The notes below the pieces were generated by a model, which worked only from the letters and a program-made list of their open reading frames with translations, made no database searches and was not told the DNA's origin. Of a stretch of 37,257 nucleotides of DNA, positions 33,844 to 37,257 are shown piece by piece. This DNA is from a virus. Its lineage: Duplodnaviria; Caudoviricetes. The stretch spans positions 1 to 37,257 of the IMG/VR virus record IMGVR_UViG_3300027804_000015. One strand, written 5' to 3'. Within the stretch, counting starts at the first letter, position 1. Every line of letters starts with the position of its first letter. The position numbers and the translations under genes are program-made.

Positions 33844-36053
33844 TTGAAAACATCACCGAAAATTTATCCACCGACATTGCAGCCAAACAGCCAATGGATG
33901 ATGCAGAGCTGCAAAGCATCATTACCCAAGATTTGGTCGATGCGGTGAGCTATGTGGACAGTGACTTGTCACCCACACGCGCCAAAGGGACTGAATACTA
34001 TCGCGGTGATTTATTCGGCAATGAGGTCGAAGGCAACAGCAAGGTGGTGGCCATGGAGGTGCGGGACACTGTCTCGGCCATGCTGCCAAGCCTAATGCGC
34101 GTTTTCTTTAGTTCTGAGAATGTGGTGGAATTTGCGCCCAGGGGACCCGAAGACACCAAGATGGCCCAACAGGCCACGGACTACTGTAATTATATTTACC
34201 AGAACGACAATTCTGGGTTTTTAACGACCTATGCAATTTTTAAGGATGCACTGGTTCGCAAATGCGGCATTGCCAAATTCTGGTGGGAGGATGAAGAGAA
34301 GGTCCGGATTGAGGAATATACGGGCCTCGATGACCAGACGCTAGAGATGCTGATGCAAGAGCCTGGTGGTGAGGTCAAGATCATTACGTCTTATCCAGAC
34401 CCAGCGATTAACGAAGCGCAGCTCACGACTGTCGATCCAACAACTGGCCAGCCAATGGTTATGCCTGCACCCATGATCCATGATGTGCAGATCAAGCGCA
34501 TCACAAAGGATGGCCGGATCAAGATCATGGCCGTGCCACCCGAAGAGCTGCTACTAGACAGACGCGCCAGATCGTTTGATGACGCGACCATCATTGCCCA
34601 CAGGCAGATGGCCACCATGGCTGATTTGTTGGCCATGGGTTATGACCAGGATGAGATCGAAGAGAATATGTCATCGACTGACTTGGACAGTAATGATGAG
34701 TATTTAGCGCGTCAGCCACTGTCCACGACATTTGGCACAAATGACGCTGCCAACCCGATGATGCGCAGAGTGCTTTACATCGAGGCTTATTCCCGTGTGG
34801 ACTACGATGGTGACGGCATTGCCGAGCTGCGCAAGGTCTGCTGCATGGGTGGTGGCTATAAGGTGGTGCGTAATCTGCCAGCCAGCTATATTCCCTTTGC
34901 TGACTTTCCCTGCGACCCAGAGCCACACACAAGCCCACTTGAGGCCATGTCGATTTTCGACATCACCCGCGACTTGCAAGAGATCAAGTCGGAAATACTC
35001 AGGAACACATTGGACAGTCTGGCCCAGTCGATCCACCCGCGCACAGCGGTGGTCGAAGGCCAAGTCAACATTGACGATGTCTTGAACAATGAGACGGGTG
35101 CGATTATCAGAATGCGCGCGCCTGGCATGGTCCAGCCATTGACCACGCCATTTGTGGGTCAGGCCGCATTCCCGATGATGGAATACATGGACCAGATCAA
35201 AGAAGATCGCACTGGCATGAGCAAGGCGGCCATGGGGCTGAATGCTGATGCATTGCAGTCAAGCACCAAGGCGGCAGTGAATGCCACCATCAACGCAAGC
35301 CAAGGCCGTATTGAGCTGACAGCCCGAATTCTGGCTGAAGGCATGAAAAAGCTATTCAAAGGCATTTTGTTCTTGGCCACAACGCACCAGGACAAAGCCC
35401 GAATGGTCAGAATGCGCAATGAGTGGGTGCAGATCGATCCAAGGTTCTGGGACACCAGTATGGATGCGAACATCAACATTGCCCTTGGCAATGGCGACAC
35501 CAACGAGAAACTGCAAGCGCTGATGATGATCATGGCCAAGCAAGAGCAAATCTTGCAACAACTTGGCCCCACAAACCCATTGGTCACGCCCCAGCAGTTT
35601 AGTAATACCCTACGCAAAATCGTAGAGTTATCTGGCTTCAAAGACTCGACCAGCTTTTTCCAAGATATCCCTGCCGACTATGTGCCACCACCACCACAGC
35701 AAAAGCCAAGCCCCGAAGAGGTGCTGGCCCAAGTGCAGGCTGAAAGTATCAAGGCAGACATCCAGAAGAAAGCGGCAGAGCTGGAGCTAAAGCGCCAGCA
35801 GATGATCATGGATGACGATCTGACCCGCGACAAGATGGCCCAAGATTTGTATCTCAAAAAGTATGAAATTGAGTTAAAGTACAAATCACAGATCAGTACA
35901 GCCGAAATTGATGCGGCCCAGAATATTGATCGTGAAGCAATGCGTCAGCAGGCATTGTTGGCCCAGCAGCAGGCGGCACAGTTTGTGTCCCAGCCGCAGC
36001 CACCAGCGCCTGAGATGATGCCCCCATCAACCTTTCAAGGAATGGCACAGTAA
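33840..36053 (+). CDS. Portal protein (P22/SU10-like)
   Basis: 737 aa; EYYRG, VRDTV..MLPSL, F.DALV.K.GI motifs; Gln-rich C-terminal coiled coil; between terL and scaffold. Confidence 0.9.
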   Translation: MIENITENLSTDIAAKQPMDDAELQSIITQDLVDAVSYVDSDLSPTRAKGTEYYRGDLFGNEVEGNSKVVAMEVRDTVSAMLPSLMRVFFSSENVVEFAPRGPEDTKMAQQATDYCNYIYQNDNSGFLTTYAIFKDALVRKCGIAKFWWEDEEKVRIEEYTGLDDQTLEMLMQEPGGEVKIITSYPDPAINEAQLTTVDPTTGQPMVMPAPMIHDVQIKRITKDGRIKIMAVPPEELLLDRRARSFDDATIIAHRQMATMADLLAMGYDQDEIEENMSSTDLDSNDEYLARQPLSTTFGTNDAANPMMRRVLYIEAYSRVDYDGDGIAELRKVCCMGGGYKVVRNLPASYIPFADFPCDPEPHTSPLEAMSIFDITRDLQEIKSEILRNTLDSLAQSIHPRTAVVEGQVNIDDVLNNETGAIIRMRAPGMVQPLTTPFVGQAAFPMMEYMDQIKEDRTGMSKAAMGLNADALQSSTKAAVNATINASQGRIELTARILAEGMKKLFKGILFLATTHQDKARMVRMRNEWVQIDPRFWDTSMDANINIALGNGDTNEKLQALMMIMAKQEQILQQLGPTNPLVTPQQFSNTLRKIVELSGFKDSTSFFQDIPADYVPPPPQQKPSPEEVLAQVQAESIKADIQKKAAELELKRQQMIMDDDLTRDKMAQDLYLKKYEIELKYKSQISTAEIDAAQNIDREAMRQQALLAQQQAAQFVSQPQPPAPEMMPPSTFQGMAQ

Positions 36054-36317
36054 GTGACAAACGAAGACCAGGTAAATAAGGGCCGAAAGGCCAAGCAGCT
36101 GCTGGAGGATGAAACCCTCAACACTGCGATTGCAAAATTGGAAAACGACCAACTTTGGGCATTTCGATCATCGAAACCCGAAGAGTCTGTGAAGCGCGAG
36201 ACAGCGTGGTGTATGTTGCAGGCCATTGACGGCCTGCGGCAAGAGTTGATCAAGATCATGGACAACGGGAAAATTGCACAGAACGCTATCGTCAAATCAC
36301 AGAAAAATCTAATTTAA
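36054..36317 (+). CDS. Hypothetical protein between portal and scaffold
   Basis: 87-aa helical ORF with a GTG start directly after the portal region. Confidence 0.7.
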   Translation: MTNEDQVNKGRKAKQLLEDETLNTAIAKLENDQLWAFRSSKPEESVKRETAWCMLQAIDGLRQELIKIMDNGKIAQNAIVKSQKNLI

Positions 36318-36326
36318 GAAAATACT

Positions 36327-37257
36327 ATGGCAGAAATACAAGCAATGAATATGGCCGATGCGGCCAGTGCTATCTCGGCAATGTTAGCCCCCGAACAGGG
36401 ACAAGCAGAAGTTGACGAGACGCAGCCAGCCGAGGAGTCCGAAGAGGACACCGAGGCAGCGGCTTCTGAGGAGGATGACTCTGGTGTGGAAGACGCGCCA
36501 GATGAAGAGACCCCAGAGGAACAGTCCGAAGAAGAGGAAGAGCAAGAGGAGGGCGAACAGCCACAGACTTTCACTGTCAAAGTTGACGGCAAGGAAGTTT
36601 CTGTCACGCTAGACGAACTCCAGAAGGGCTACTCCAGGACTCAGGACTACACTCGGAAAACGCAGCAAATTGCCGAAGTGCGAAAGCAAGTCGAGCAAGA
36701 GACCCATGCAGTCCGAGCCGAGCGTGAGCAATACGCTCAATTGTTGGGAGCATTGCAAGCCCAACTTCAGTCTTCAGAGCCTCAAGTTGATCTGGAACGC
36801 CTGTATCAGGAAGACCCGATTGAGTGGGTGAGGCAAAAGGAAGTCATGCGGGAGAGACAAGAGAAACTTGGTGCTATTTATTCCGAACAGCAGCGACTTG
36901 CTCAAGTGTCCCAGTATGAACAGCAGCGCGCCATGGAAGCCCAACTTGCCAGCCAGCAAGAAGCTCTATTGGCAGCCTTGCCAGATTGGAAAGACCCCAA
37001 GAAGGCAAAGGCCGAGAAGGCGCTGGTGATTGAGTCTGCAAAGGCAGCAGGCTTTACCGATGAAGACTTGAAGAGCGTTTACGACCACCGACTGGTTTTA
37101 CTGCTGCGTAAAGCGGCAATGTACGACCAAATGGTAAGTAAGCGCCAAGGCATTAAGCCTGTGGTGAACAATGGCCCACGAACAGCCAAGCCTGGTGCAG
37201 CTGGTCGGGTTTCGACAACAACTGAGAGTGTGCGAGCAAAGCAGCGTCTTGCAAAAA
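36327..37257 (+). CDS. Capsid scaffolding protein (ends at 141 after circularisation; 326 aa)
   Basis: Open frame from ATG 36327; very acidic N-terminus; TVKVDGKEVSVTLDELQKGYSRTQDYTRKTQ motif; directly upstream of MCP. Confidence 0.85.
   Translation, partial: MAEIQAMNMADAASAISAMLAPEQGQAEVDETQPAEESEEDTEAAASEEDDSGVEDAPDEETPEEQSEEEEEQEEGEQPQTFTVKVDGKEVSVTLDELQKGYSRTQDYTRKTQQIAEVRKQVEQETHAVRAEREQYAQLLGALQAQLQSSEPQVDLERLYQEDPIEWVRQKEVMRERQEKLGAIYSEQQRLAQVSQYEQQRAMEAQLASQQEALLAALPDWKDPKKAKAEKALVIESAKAAGFTDEDLKSVYDHRLVLLLRKAAMYDQMVSKRQGIKPVVNNGPRTAKPGAAGRVSTTTESVRAKQRLAK
37167..37257. repeat. Terminal direct repeat copy of 1-91
   Basis: Exact 91-nt match. Confidence 0.97.

Overview
The window is a complete, circularly assembled genome (about 37,166 bp; bases 1-91 repeat at 37167-37257) of a tailed, podovirus-like dsDNA phage. 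Nested Rz/Rz1 spanins point to a Gram-negative host. Gene order: major capsid, glycosyltransferase, adaptor/tail/LamG fibre, lysis cassette, tail nozzle, ejection proteins, then small leftward genes, Cro-like HTH, SSB, SNF2 helicase, PD-(D/E)xK nuclease, primase-helicase, iteron/DnaA-box region, VRR-NUC, terS, terL, small basic proteins, glycosyltransferase, methyltransferase, portal and scaffold. I recognise no DNA polymerase, integrase, tRNA or CRISPR array. Main result: the major capsid gene (149-1956) is split into four exons by three related, ORF-less group I introns (236-494, 742-1060, 1464-1730) in phases 0, 1 and 2. Removing them gives an uninterrupted 320-aa capsid protein, and no homing endonuclease is recognisable in the genome. 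Also notable are two DnaA-box clusters with an iteron array, a glycosylation/methylation module among virion genes, and a possible ejected enzyme. All product calls come from motifs and synteny read by eye, not database searches.
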